DNA of 64,000 nt, from the NCBI GenBank assembly GCA_023458375.1, contig JAEWZT010000006.1, positions 17,581-81,580 of the forward strand, read 5' to 3'. Positions 8,672 through 17,107 of the stretch are shown here, piece after piece. A program made the position numbers and the translations under genes. The notes below the pieces were generated by a model. That model made no database searches and was not told the DNA's origin. It saw nothing but the letters and a program-made list of their open reading frames with translations. Source of the DNA: Bacillota bacterium. GTDB lineage: Bacteria; Bacillota; Clostridia; Christensenellales; CAG-314. Within the stretch, counting starts at the first letter, position 1. Each line of letters begins with the position of its first letter.

Positions 8672-10153
8672 TTATATCCTATTGTATATAACTATACGCT
8701 TAGCTTCCTCTAAGGGGAAAACCAAATCGGGGTTAAGCGCGGTAATCTGTTCTTGCGGCATATTGAGCTTTTTGGCGGTGGTCCACAAATCGTCGCCCTT
8801 TTGCCCCACGCACACTTCAAAACCCGCCGTTGAAACGCTCAAAGCTTCGCCTTCGGTGACGCTGCCTATGACGCTGTGCGCCAGCTCTCTCGTTACCACT
8901 ACGTCCACCTTGCCCGAAACGGTAATTTCAACGCCCTTTGCCTTTTCTTTGAGTGACACGTTTGAAATTACGGCGCATGCCGTCAAAGGCGAGTCGGCCT
9001 TTAAGTATTCGTCCTCAATTAACCTTGAAAAAGGAAGCTGGAAATCCGTTGAACGCAGCGCCCCCTCTTTTACGTAAAGGACCGTGCCCTGCACTATGCC
9101 CTCCGCCCTTACTCCCCCTGCGGCAACCGACGCGCTCACCACTTCCGCCAAGGCGTTTACCACGCCTACGGTCCTGTCGGCGTCAAGCTCCACCGTTTCT
9201 TCAATTTGCAAATCGTAGTCGTATCTGCCCTGCAAAAGGGTGCCGCCAAGCTGTCTATAATCCGTTACCACTTTGTTTTTTGGCGAATAAATATCCTGCA
9301 CCACTTCCACTTCGCTTTGTTCTGAGCAAATCAATGTAACTTCCACCGTAAGCTCAGTCGTCAGCTCTTTGCTTTCTTCTTCCCCCACTATGTCAATATG
9401 TATTTTAGTGCCTTTTGTGCCGGCGCAGGCAATAAGACATTGCTGTTGGTCGGTTAATGCCGTTTCCGTTTCCTGCGAAAAGGGAAAGCTGAATAACTGC
9501 GAATTGACGGCGCCCTCGGCGTCTAAGTAAGTAAGGTTTACCGCCCCCTCCCCCTCAACGGTCAAAACATTGTCGGAAATGAAAGAATCGGTTACCGAAA
9601 CATAGCTTTCGGCAAGCAGCACCTTTTGGATATTTGCCGCGGTGTCAAGTTGCTGGGACAAGGTTACGGTAACGCATTCAAGCGACGCGGAAGTAACGAC
9701 AGGCAAACTTTGCTTTTTTACAAAAGCCCCTTCGCAGGAAGAAAGGCATTCAACGGGGTTGGCGTAAATTACCGTAGCAAGCGTTTGCACCAAAGTGTTA
9801 AGCGATATTTTGCTTCCGTTGACTTTGTAGTCGTTGTCCATTACGGTGCATTGGAAATAAGCTTTCGCCTTTTCCCTTATAAAGGGCGAGGCAATTTTTT
9901 CGTTAAAATCCGCGACGTAGCTAAGCCCCTGCGGACCTTCTTCCGTCGTTACAAGCAGTCGGTAGTTTACTCTGCCGGAAATGAGCATTTCACCCGACGC
10001 GGCGTTATAATTTATTACCGAAGCTTCCACCCCCACCGAAAGCACCGACAATATGTCTCTTTTGGCGGCGATATTTACCGTCAGCGCCGTTTGAACGGGG
10101 GCAAGCTTTACGAGGCGGTAGGTGGTAACAGGGCTATATTCAGGTGTAAGCAT
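8672..10153 (-). CDS. DUF3794-repeat protein with a C-terminal LysM domain; possibly a SipL/SpoVID-like spore morphogenetic protein
   Basis: The C-terminal LysM-like segment is GDDLWTTAKKLNMPQEQITALNPDLVFPLEEAKRIVIY. The body is beta-rich and repetitive. The gene sits between veg and ispE, the position I recall for the LysM protein SipL in Clostridioides difficile. That recollection is unverified. GGAGG RBS. Confidence 0.65.
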   Translation of the reverse strand: MLTPEYSPVTTYRLVKLAPVQTALTVNIAAKRDILSVLSVGVEASVINYNAASGEMLISGRVNYRLLVTTEEGPQGLSYVADFNEKIASPFIREKAKAYFQCTVMDNDYKVNGSKISLNTLVQTLATVIYANPVECLSSCEGAFVKKQSLPVVTSASLECVTVTLSQQLDTAANIQKVLLAESYVSVTDSFISDNVLTVEGEGAVNLTYLDAEGAVNSQLFSFPFSQETETALTDQQQCLIACAGTKGTKIHIDIVGEEESKELTTELTVEVTLICSEQSEVEVVQDIYSPKNKVVTDYRQLGGTLLQGRYDYDLQIEETVELDADRTVGVVNALAEVVSASVAAGGVRAEGIVQGTVLYVKEGALRSTDFQLPFSRLIEDEYLKADSPLTACAVISNVSLKEKAKGVEITVSGKVDVVVTRELAHSVIGSVTEGEALSVSTAGFEVCVGQKGDDLWTTAKKLNMPQEQITALNPDLVFPLEEAKRIVIYNRI

Positions 10154-10220
10154 ATTAAAAAATCCTCCAATATCGTATATACTTACTATATTGTAATTAT
10201 TTTTTAAATATGCTTAGGCG

Positions 10221-10466
10221 CTACTCGCATTTGCGCGGGCGTATTGTTACGTCGCCGCATAAAATGTCGGTGTAAGAACAGCTTAGCCTGTCAAATATTT
10301 CGTTATATACAGTAAGCACGAACACGTTGGAATATACTTCGTTGACGCGCGCTTTAAAGATACCCGGTTTGCTTCTGCCCTTGCAGTAACGGACGGTAAC
10401 TTCTTTTCCCAAAAGCCCCGCCACTTCTTCTTTGGTTTGTTCTAGGTTGCTTTTAACTTTACGCAT
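10221..10466 (-). CDS. veg: Veg (biofilm/sporulation-associated small protein, DUF1021)
   Basis: The 81 aa (VRYCKGRSKPGIFKARVNEVYSNVFVLTVYNEIFDRLSCSYTDIL) are collinear with Bacillus Veg (SGILEETYPSVFVIKLD....RVSYSYADIL). GGAGG RBS. Confidence 0.85.
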   Translation of the reverse strand: MRKVKSNLEQTKEEVAGLLGKEVTVRYCKGRSKPGIFKARVNEVYSNVFVLTVYNEIFDRLSCSYTDILCGDVTIRPRKCE

Positions 10467-10687
10467 CTTATTCCTCCGCCTTTAATTGTTGCCAAAAGGC
10501 GCCTTTTTAATAAGAAAGGTAATTAAAAATAGAAAATAACGCGGCGAGCTTAGTATAAACCAAAAACAAAAGCTAATAAAAAAACAATATCGTCGCAGGT
10601 TTTGATTTTAGGTAATCTCTTTTTGTTTTCAATGAAAAATATCAAGGTCAAGAATCTGCTTAAAAGCAACGGAAAAGAAAAATAGTA

Positions 10688-10725
10688 AATAAAAAGGCTT
10701 AGCGCTTTAAAAGCTCCTAAGCCTT
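10688..10725 (-). terminator. Intrinsic terminator downstream of the acidic zinc-ribbon gene
   Basis: On the minus strand: AAGGCTTAG-(14 nt loop)-CTAAGCCTT followed by TTTTTATTT. Confidence 0.5.
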
Positions 10726-10816
10726 GTTGGTTTGTATTGTATATCGCTTTTACAATAACTCGCTATAAGCGAGGTAATAAGAAAAAAAGATTTAAAGCTT
10801 TGAAAGAAAAAGGAAA

Positions 10817-11311
10817 TTATTCTTCCTCGTCTTCCTCTTCCTCATCTTCGTCAAGGTCTTCGTCGTCGTCAAATTCGCCAATCTCTTCAAGCTCGGCGTC
10901 TTCAAACTCGTCTTCATAGGTATCGGAAATGAGTTCTTCCTCGTCGTCGTAAACGGTGTCGTATTCCTCGTCTTGCAGCTCCTCTAAGGGTATTTCAATG
11001 GGCTCTTCAACAACGGGTTCGTCGTCAATATATTCTTTGCGCCAGCTTTCGTCGTCCTCTTCCGCCAAGGGGTCAACGTGCTCAATTTCCATTTTTGCGG
11101 CGCAGGCTTCGCATATGTCGTCTTCGCCCGCGACGGGCACGCGTTTGCATACCGAGCAGTAATAGACGCCCTCGTCGTATCCGCTCTCTTCCTCGCTGTC
11201 TAAACTTTTAATAAGTCCAAGTTCCGCTTTGCACACATCGCACATGTCCGCCGTGCTGTCAATGTAATTCAATTCGCATCTCGGACATTTGACGTAGGTT
11301 ATTTTTGCCAT
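10817..11311 (-). CDS. Hypothetical double zinc-ribbon protein with an extremely acidic C-terminal tail
   Basis: CPRC...CDVC and CSVC...CEAC pairs, then about 90 aa dominated by D/E and ending DDDEDLDEDEEEEDEEE. ATG at 11311 with GGGGA upstream. I recognise no family. Confidence 0.6.
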   Translation of the reverse strand: MAKITYVKCPRCELNYIDSTADMCDVCKAELGLIKSLDSEEESGYDEGVYYCSVCKRVPVAGEDDICEACAAKMEIEHVDPLAEEDDESWRKEYIDDEPVVEEPIEIPLEELQDEEYDTVYDDEEELISDTYEDEFEDAELEEIGEFDDDEDLDEDEEEEDEEE

Positions 11312-11757
11312 TAACTATCCCCTTGCCTAACGTTATGGTTTTTTCCCGCATATTGTATATGCTATATGTAAAAATGTAAACTGTTTTACCCATAAATATT
11401 ACTAAAATTTAATATATTTTCATATTAAAAACATTTGCGCCCTCTTTAAAACGCTTCTTTTTTGCGCGGGTCTTTATTTTATGCAGCACATTTCATTTTA
11501 TGAAAAAAAACAAAACTTTTAAAACAAATCTGCCCCGTAAAAATCCTATGATAAAAAAGTATATATTGAAAAAAATAAAGCCCTTGTATACAAAAGCTTT
11601 TGAAGTTAACGGTTATATAATTTTCTTATTTATATTAAAATGATTTTATATTGCAGGTTTTAGAAAATATAAGAAAATATCTTTTGTCCGCAAGTATTTG
11701 CGATAGTCTTTTGCAATTTTAAGGGGTAAATGTTGTTTTATTTTACATTTGCCGCAG

Positions 11758-12001
11758 CCTTTGGAATATTAATTTTGCTTAACGCAGCTTTGGCGCTTTT
11801 TTATTGTTGCAGCAGACTTTGGCGCGTTTTAATACTGTTTGTGCAACCTTTGTTGTGGGTTTAAATATTCGTTGCCGTAACCTCTGTTTGTTCTAAATGT
11901 AGCTTGCAACAAGATTTTGCCGCGTCTAAACTCCGTTTGCGCAGGATTTTGGCGCGTTTTATTGCCGCAGGATTGGCGCGGTTACATTTTTGCGACGCTG
12001 C
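11758..12001. repeat. Degenerate tandem array of about 8 units (26-34 bp), consensus (C/A)(C/T)TTTGGCGCGTTTTA..TTG..GCAG
   Basis: Hand-parsed units start at 11758, 11788, 11816, 11847, 11881, 11914, 11946 and 11972. The core TTTGGCGC(G/T)TTT recurs at 11790, 11818 and 11949. ATTGGCGCGGTT occurs at 11972. Confidence 0.7.
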
Positions 12002-12043
12002 TCAATCAAGCCTCGCCCCGTCTTTATACTAATTGCGCCTGTG

Positions 12044-12814
12044 TTATGTATTATCCTTATGCGCCCAGCAAATGTCCATTTCGGCGTTTTCAAAGGTGGT
12101 GTGAGGCGAAAGCCGCTCGCTTGAAGTGTTTCCCTTTACGACAAAAGAATAGGGGCGCATGCCCAGCTTTAACATTTGGGTAATAATTTCGCAAGTTACT
12201 ATTACGCCTAGGCGCCTTCCCCTATATTCGGGCAAAGTAAACAAAGGGCCTATTGAGCCGTTGTCGTGAATTAGGCACCAGCACACCATTTTGTCCCCCT
12301 CGTATGCCGCAACGGTCGGATATTTGCGCGCGCATCGCCTTATTTCGGCAAGGGTGCCGTAGTATTGGTGATGCTCCACCACGCAGCCGTAATAAGCGGG
12401 TTTAATTTTCCCCAGTTTTAACCCTTGTGGCAACGGAGGCGGGTTATACTGCTTGCCCGTGTAATAAAAAGTGGTGCAGGGTGAAAAAACCATCAAGCCG
12501 CAAAGCTCTTTATAGTAGTTGATAATGTCAATGGCGGTGCAGGAAAACCAGCATTTTTTGCCTTTGACAAATCTTTGGTAAACCTCGTCTAAAAAGGCTT
12601 TTTCTCTGCTGAAAAGCGTCAATTCTTTATGTCGGGGAAAATAGCACAGCACACCCTTAACGTTTTGGGGATTATCAACGTATATTAAATACTTGCTTGC
12701 GTATTCAATATATCCCAACAAACCGAACTGCCTGTTTTCAAGCAAAAAATCTTTGATTAAATTATAGTCTGTAATTTCTATCATATCTTTTCTTTTTTTA
12801 TTAGTATTTGACAT
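12044..12814 (-). CDS. GNAT-family (FR47-like) N-acetyltransferase
   Basis: The C-terminal half (VCWCLIHDNGSIGPLFTLPEYRGRRLGVIVTCEIITQMLKLGMRPYSFV) has the GNAT acetyl-CoA-binding pattern (R-G-x-x-L-G). The start could instead be the second ATG at codon 11. Confidence 0.6.
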   Translation of the reverse strand: MSNTNKKRKDMIEITDYNLIKDFLLENRQFGLLGYIEYASKYLIYVDNPQNVKGVLCYFPRHKELTLFSREKAFLDEVYQRFVKGKKCWFSCTAIDIINYYKELCGLMVFSPCTTFYYTGKQYNPPPLPQGLKLGKIKPAYYGCVVEHHQYYGTLAEIRRCARKYPTVAAYEGDKMVCWCLIHDNGSIGPLFTLPEYRGRRLGVIVTCEIITQMLKLGMRPYSFVVKGNTSSERLSPHTTFENAEMDICWAHKDNT

Positions 12815-12912
12815 AATCTTGCGGCACAGCTTAAAGATTATCTCTTAATGCCGCGCAAGATTTTAGCGGCAAAATTGCAGCGCTTGCGGAATGCGCGTTT
12901 TAATTGGCAATA

Positions 12913-14697
12913 CTATTCGCTTTTTAGCTCGCCCCTTATGCGCCTTACGCCGCTGCTGCTTGACTGTTCCTTTGTGATGAGGAATTTTCCCAGTTCGCCC
13001 GTGCTGTCGGCGTGGGGACCGCCGCAAATTTCCCTAGAAAAATCGCCCATAGAATATACTTTGACGACTTCGCCGTAGCGGTCGCCGAAAGTACCTATCG
13101 CCCCTCTTTTTTTGGCTTCCTCAACGCTCATTTCCTCAAAGGTAATTTTATAGTCCTTTTTAATGGCGTCGTTTACCATATCTTCCACTTTTTTTATTTC
13201 CTCTTCCGTAAGGGGTCTGTCAAAAGAAAAGTCAAAGCGAAGCCTTTCGGGGGTGATATTGCTTCCCCTTTGCTTTATGTCGGCGCCTAGCACGGCGCGC
13301 AAAGATTTGAGCAAAAGGTGCGTCGCCGTATGCAGCCGCGTCGTTTCAACGCCCGAATCGGCAAGACCCCCCTTAAAAGTGCCCTCTTCCGCCTTGCTTA
13401 CCTCTTGGTGAATTTTAAACCTGCTGTGATACCCTTCCGTGTCCACGCTAAAACCTTTTTCCTTGGCGTATTCAATGGTAAGTTCCAAAGGAAAACCGAA
13501 AGTATCGTAAAGCTTAAAGGCTACGCTGCCGGGAAGCACGCCGTCCTTAATAAAACCCAATACCTTATAAAACTCTTTTTCGCCCTGCGCCAGCGTGCGG
13601 AGAAACTTTTCCTCCTCTTTGTACAATTCCTCGGTTATACGGGTTTTATTTTCGGTAAGTTCGGGGTAAGCGTCTGTATAGTTTTCAATATAAAGCCCGG
13701 CAACCTGCGTAAGTCCGCCCTTTGCAATGCCTAAACCCTGCGCGTAACGCACCGCGCGCCTTATTAGGCGGCGCAAAATATACCCTTTGTCGGTGTTGCT
13801 TGGCGTAACGCCCATAACGTCGCCCATAATAAATACCGCAGTTCTTACGTGGTCGGCGATAATCCTCATTGCGCGCGTAGTTTCTTGGTCGGCGCCGTAG
13901 CTTTTGCCCGAAAGCTTTTCAATCAGCTGCACGGCGGGCAGAAAAGCGTCTATTTCGTAAACGGACTCAAAGCCGTTGAGAACGCGCACTACCCTTTCAA
14001 GCCCCATGCCCGTGTCCACGTTTTTTTGTTTTAAGGGAACATAACTGCCGTCGGCAAGCTTGTTAAACTGCATAAAGACGTTGTTCCAAATCTCCAAATA
14101 TTTGCCGCAAGAACAGGCGGGGGAACAATTGCCGCAGCAAGGCTCTTTACCCGTGTCGTAAAAGATTTCAGTGTCGGGACCGCAAGGACCCGTTGTCCCA
14201 GCTATCCACCAGTTGTGTTTTTTGGGCAGATAAAAAATTCTGTCTTTGGCGATGCCGCAGTCAAGCCAAGCCTTTGCCGATTCCTCGTCGCGCTCGCAGT
14301 CGCCGTCCCCTTCAAATACAGTTACGGCAAGCTTATTTTTGTCAAGCCCCAGCCACTCTTTGCCCGTTAAAAACTCGTAGCTAAACTCAATTGATTGCTT
14401 TTTAAAATAGTCGCCCAGCGACCAGTTGCCCAGCATTTCAAAAAAAGTGCAGTGGCTGCCGTCCCCCACTTCCTCAATGTCAACGGTTCTCACGCATTTT
14501 TGCACGTTGGCAAGGCGTGTTCCGCCGGGGTGTTTTTCGCCCAAAAGATAGGGAATAAGGGGGTGCATACCCGCCGTAGTAAACAGCACCGTAGGGTCGT
14601 TGTCGGGAATTAAGCTTGCGCTTTTTATAATGGTATGCCCTTTTGACTTAAAAAAATCTAAATAGATTTGCCTTAAAAATTTACTGCTGTATTTCAT
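12913..14697 (-). CDS. alaS: Alanine--tRNA ligase, short form (catalytic + tRNA-recognition + editing domains, no C-Ala domain)
   Basis: N-terminus FLDFFKSKGHTIIKSASLIPDNDPTVLFTTAGM...VQKCVRT.DIEEVGD..H.TFFEMLGNWS.GDYFK. Editing-domain zinc motifs HTATHLL and CGGPH lie near the C-terminus. The ORF stops about 30 aa later, at 594 aa. Confidence 0.9.
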   Translation of the reverse strand: MKYSSKFLRQIYLDFFKSKGHTIIKSASLIPDNDPTVLFTTAGMHPLIPYLLGEKHPGGTRLANVQKCVRTVDIEEVGDGSHCTFFEMLGNWSLGDYFKKQSIEFSYEFLTGKEWLGLDKNKLAVTVFEGDGDCERDEESAKAWLDCGIAKDRIFYLPKKHNWWIAGTTGPCGPDTEIFYDTGKEPCCGNCSPACSCGKYLEIWNNVFMQFNKLADGSYVPLKQKNVDTGMGLERVVRVLNGFESVYEIDAFLPAVQLIEKLSGKSYGADQETTRAMRIIADHVRTAVFIMGDVMGVTPSNTDKGYILRRLIRRAVRYAQGLGIAKGGLTQVAGLYIENYTDAYPELTENKTRITEELYKEEEKFLRTLAQGEKEFYKVLGFIKDGVLPGSVAFKLYDTFGFPLELTIEYAKEKGFSVDTEGYHSRFKIHQEVSKAEEGTFKGGLADSGVETTRLHTATHLLLKSLRAVLGADIKQRGSNITPERLRFDFSFDRPLTEEEIKKVEDMVNDAIKKDYKITFEEMSVEEAKKRGAIGTFGDRYGEVVKVYSMGDFSREICGGPHADSTGELGKFLITKEQSSSSGVRRIRGELKSE

Positions 14698-14713
14698 TTT
14701 TCACCTTTCACCT

Positions 14714-14741
14714 AAAAAGACCGAACCCTTTTTCGGTCTTT
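14714..14741 (-). terminator. Strong intrinsic-terminator hairpin in the alaS 5' leader (candidate attenuator)
   Basis: On the minus strand: AAAGACCGAA-AAAGGG-TTCGGTCTTTTT, followed directly by AGGTGAAAGGTGAAAA-ATG of alaS. It lies about 450 nt downstream of the previous gene's stop. Confidence 0.6.
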
Positions 14742-15192
14742 AATTGTTTATTATTTAGTATTTCTTTGCAAACTTTCATTTTTTCGGCTTTGCTTTTCTC
14801 AACGGTTTTTGTTTTCTTTAAAGCGCGTTTGTCATTTCCTAAAACTTAATCCGACCGCCCCGCACAATAGGTCGCGGGTTGCTCATATGTTATCAATCTT
14901 AACGCGCGTATTAACAGGTGGCATAATTTCGCGGAAACATTTTATCATATAGTCTTAATCCGCATACAGCACAGCGCGAGTTTTTTTAAATGTCATTATG
15001 CTTGCCGCTTTTTGCCTCTACCGCGTGTTTTTTTTGGGTTTCCTTAAAAACATTTGCGAAATTATTTTGACTTATTGATTAAAACTTCTAGATTTTAGCG
15101 GGTGCTTTTCTAATTCGCATCAAGCGCCGTCTTTTGCAAATGTTTGCTTTGCGCATGCGTAACGCTTTTTCCGCTATTTTTTTAAAAGCTTT

Positions 15193-16179
15193 TTATCTTT
15201 CTATGTGCAACACTTTTTGGTCTTTTTTGCTTATCTTAAAGAAAAGCGAAAAGATATATGCTACAAACATATACGCCGCACACAAGTCAAAGAGCAAACC
15301 GACGGAAACTGCGCCCAGTCTGCTGTGTTTTAAAGTGCTGAACCAAACAAATATGTCGGCTAAAAAACTTGTGGAACCTTCCGCAATTTGCGCGCCGTAT
15401 TGCACTAGGTTTGCGAAAGCCGCGGCAAACACCGTTATAAACATAACGGCAAGCAGCAGCCCCTTTGACCTTTTTGCCCGTCTGCCGCTTATTAACTGCA
15501 CAAAGCCGCTGAAAAACTCAACGACTACGGTTAAAAGCGTCAAGGCGAAAACGCCCAAAATCACCCAATCCCAAACAGAGGAGGAACTAACGACGGAACT
15601 GATGTTGTTTATTATGTTTACTATGTATTTCCAGCCTGAAAAAGGCGAGCCGTTTATTTTAATAAAGCCAAAATCCAAACTTCCTACCGCTATAAAGGGG
15701 GGCATGAGTAAGAAATACGCCGCCGCCAGCGCCAAAACAATTGCAAAAAAGCCCGCCGCCCTTCCTTTTGACTTTCCGCCGCCTGCTTGCGCGACTTTAA
15801 CTTTACCTTTTTGTGCCCTTTGCGCAATGGCTTGCTGTGCCAAAGAAGCGCTGGCAACTTTTGCGCTGTGCGCCCCGTTTTTTGGGAAAGCGCTGCCCGT
15901 AGTTGAAAAGGCGTAACCGCATTTGTCGCAAATCGCGCTGTTGGCGTTTACGTTGTTGCTGCAACGGGGGCATATTTTTGTAGCCGTCCCGCCCACAAGC
16001 TTATTGCCGCAGGTTTTGCAGTAACTTGAACGTCCCGTATTTACCGTGTTGCACTTGCTGCAAACTACCGGCGTATCGGGCGATTTGAGTTGCGTGCCGC
16101 ATTGAAAGCAAAACTTGGCAACCATAGGGTTGGGGGTGTTGCATCTGGGGCATATATTAAAATTATTGAGGTTACTCAT
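15193..16179 (-). CDS. Zinc-ribbon (x3-4) membrane protein with about 5 TM helices
   Basis: CPRCNTPNPMVAKFCFQCG, CSKCNTVNTGRSSYCKTCG and CPRCSNNVNANSAICDKCG are followed by hydrophobic helices. I moved the start to ATG 16179 (MSNLNNFNICPRC), preceded by GGGAGGAAAT. The track's longer ORF overlaps the upstream gene. Confidence 0.7.
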   Translation of the reverse strand: MSNLNNFNICPRCNTPNPMVAKFCFQCGTQLKSPDTPVVCSKCNTVNTGRSSYCKTCGNKLVGGTATKICPRCSNNVNANSAICDKCGYAFSTTGSAFPKNGAHSAKVASASLAQQAIAQRAQKGKVKVAQAGGGKSKGRAAGFFAIVLALAAAYFLLMPPFIAVGSLDFGFIKINGSPFSGWKYIVNIINNISSVVSSSSVWDWVILGVFALTLLTVVVEFFSGFVQLISGRRAKRSKGLLLAVMFITVFAAAFANLVQYGAQIAEGSTSFLADIFVWFSTLKHSRLGAVSVGLLFDLCAAYMFVAYIFSLFFKISKKDQKVLHIER

Positions 16180-16192
16180 AATTTCCTCCCTG

Positions 16193-17050
16193 TTATTTGG
16201 ATAGTTTAACACCACATTTGGTGCAAAAGGCGCTGGTTTTTTCATTGAGATGACCGCATTTACAGCGGAAAAGTTCCTCTTCCGCCTTATCTTTTTTAGT
16301 AAAAGAATAGCGGCATCTGTTGCAGTATTCCGCGTCGTAGGCGTTTTCCGCCCCGCAAAGATAGCAGTATTTTTTATGTAAAAAGACCGCCAGTCTCATT
16401 CCGCATTTGACGCAAAACTTTTTGTTTAAGTCGTTTGCCGTTCCGCATTCGGGGCAAAGACGGCTTTTTTTGTTGGTGGAAGATTTGAGGACTGCAATAA
16501 TCAGCCCGTCTTCTTCCTCGGCTTTTTGGTGTTCAATTAAAAACTCGTCAAAGTCCGCCCCTTCAAGAGAATAAAAGCAAAAGGTGCAGTTAACCGCCGA
16601 CATTGCATTAATACCCTTGCAGTGAGGACATATTTTCTTTTTTGTAAGGCGCCCGTTAGCTTGACCCGTAACATCGCTGCCGCAGCGTATGCAAAACACG
16701 TCAGATTCGCTTAATGTCTGACCGCACACCCCGCAGATAATCGCCTCTTCCCTCTGTTCTACCTCTTGTTTTTGTGGCTGTTCTTGGGGAAGCATAATTC
16801 CCCCGCCTGTTTCAGCTTGCTGAATTTTGGGCGAAAGGGTAGCGGGGTTAAAGCTTTGAGGCAGCGCGGCGCTTTCTTCCTTTAAAACCTCGCCGCAATT
16901 GGGACAAAAAACAGAGTTTGCGCCAATCTTTTGACGGCAGACGGAACACGTTATAACGGCGTTTTCCTCAAACTTTTTTTCGCCGCAGTTATTGCAAAAC
17001 GCGCTGTCGTCGCTATTTAATTCGCCGCATGACGCGCACTTTTTGGTCAT
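16193..17050 (-). CDS. Soluble protein made of about 8 tandem zinc-ribbon (CxxC-n-CxxC) units
   Basis: Repeated units include CASCGELNSDDSAFCNNCG, CSVCRQKIGANSVFCPNCG, CGVCGQTLSESDVFCIRCG, CPHCKGINAMSAVNCTFC, CPECGTANDLNKKFCVKCG, CYLCGAENAYDAEYCNRC and CKCGHLNEKTSAFCTKCG. Confidence 0.7.
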   Translation of the reverse strand: MTKKCASCGELNSDDSAFCNNCGEKKFEENAVITCSVCRQKIGANSVFCPNCGEVLKEESAALPQSFNPATLSPKIQQAETGGGIMLPQEQPQKQEVEQREEAIICGVCGQTLSESDVFCIRCGSDVTGQANGRLTKKKICPHCKGINAMSAVNCTFCFYSLEGADFDEFLIEHQKAEEEDGLIIAVLKSSTNKKSRLCPECGTANDLNKKFCVKCGMRLAVFLHKKYCYLCGAENAYDAEYCNRCRYSFTKKDKAEEELFRCKCGHLNEKTSAFCTKCGVKLSK

Positions 17051-17107
17051 TCGTTCCTATTCCTTTTCATGTTAAATTATATATTTACAAAGCAGGGCTT
17101 GTCAATC

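Noticed and set aside
11730-11864. 44-codon hydrophobic ORF running through the tandem repeat
   Set aside because: The T-rich repeat DNA would give Phe/Leu-rich ORFs by chance. The GGGG-to-ATG spacing is only 3 nt and there is no promoter. I mention it only inside the repeat finding.
11758-12001. Possible CRISPR array, given regularly spaced ~30-bp repeats
   Set aside because: The units abut one another with no unique spacers and are strongly diverged from each other. No cas genes are in the window. I treat it as a degenerate tandem repeat.
14746-15192. Canonical T-box riboswitch upstream of alaS
   Set aside because: I could not find the GGTGGTACCGCG-type T-box core or a convincing specifier / AG-box / GNUGNGA arrangement by eye. 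Only the terminator hairpin is clear. This needs cmscan, so it is reported as an attenuator candidate and not as a T-box.
15134-15916. 260-aa plus-strand ORF
   Set aside because: It is fully antisense to the zinc-ribbon membrane protein gene. Its composition is low-complexity (Ala/Lys/Thr), and it has no RBS or recognisable motif. It is a shadow ORF.
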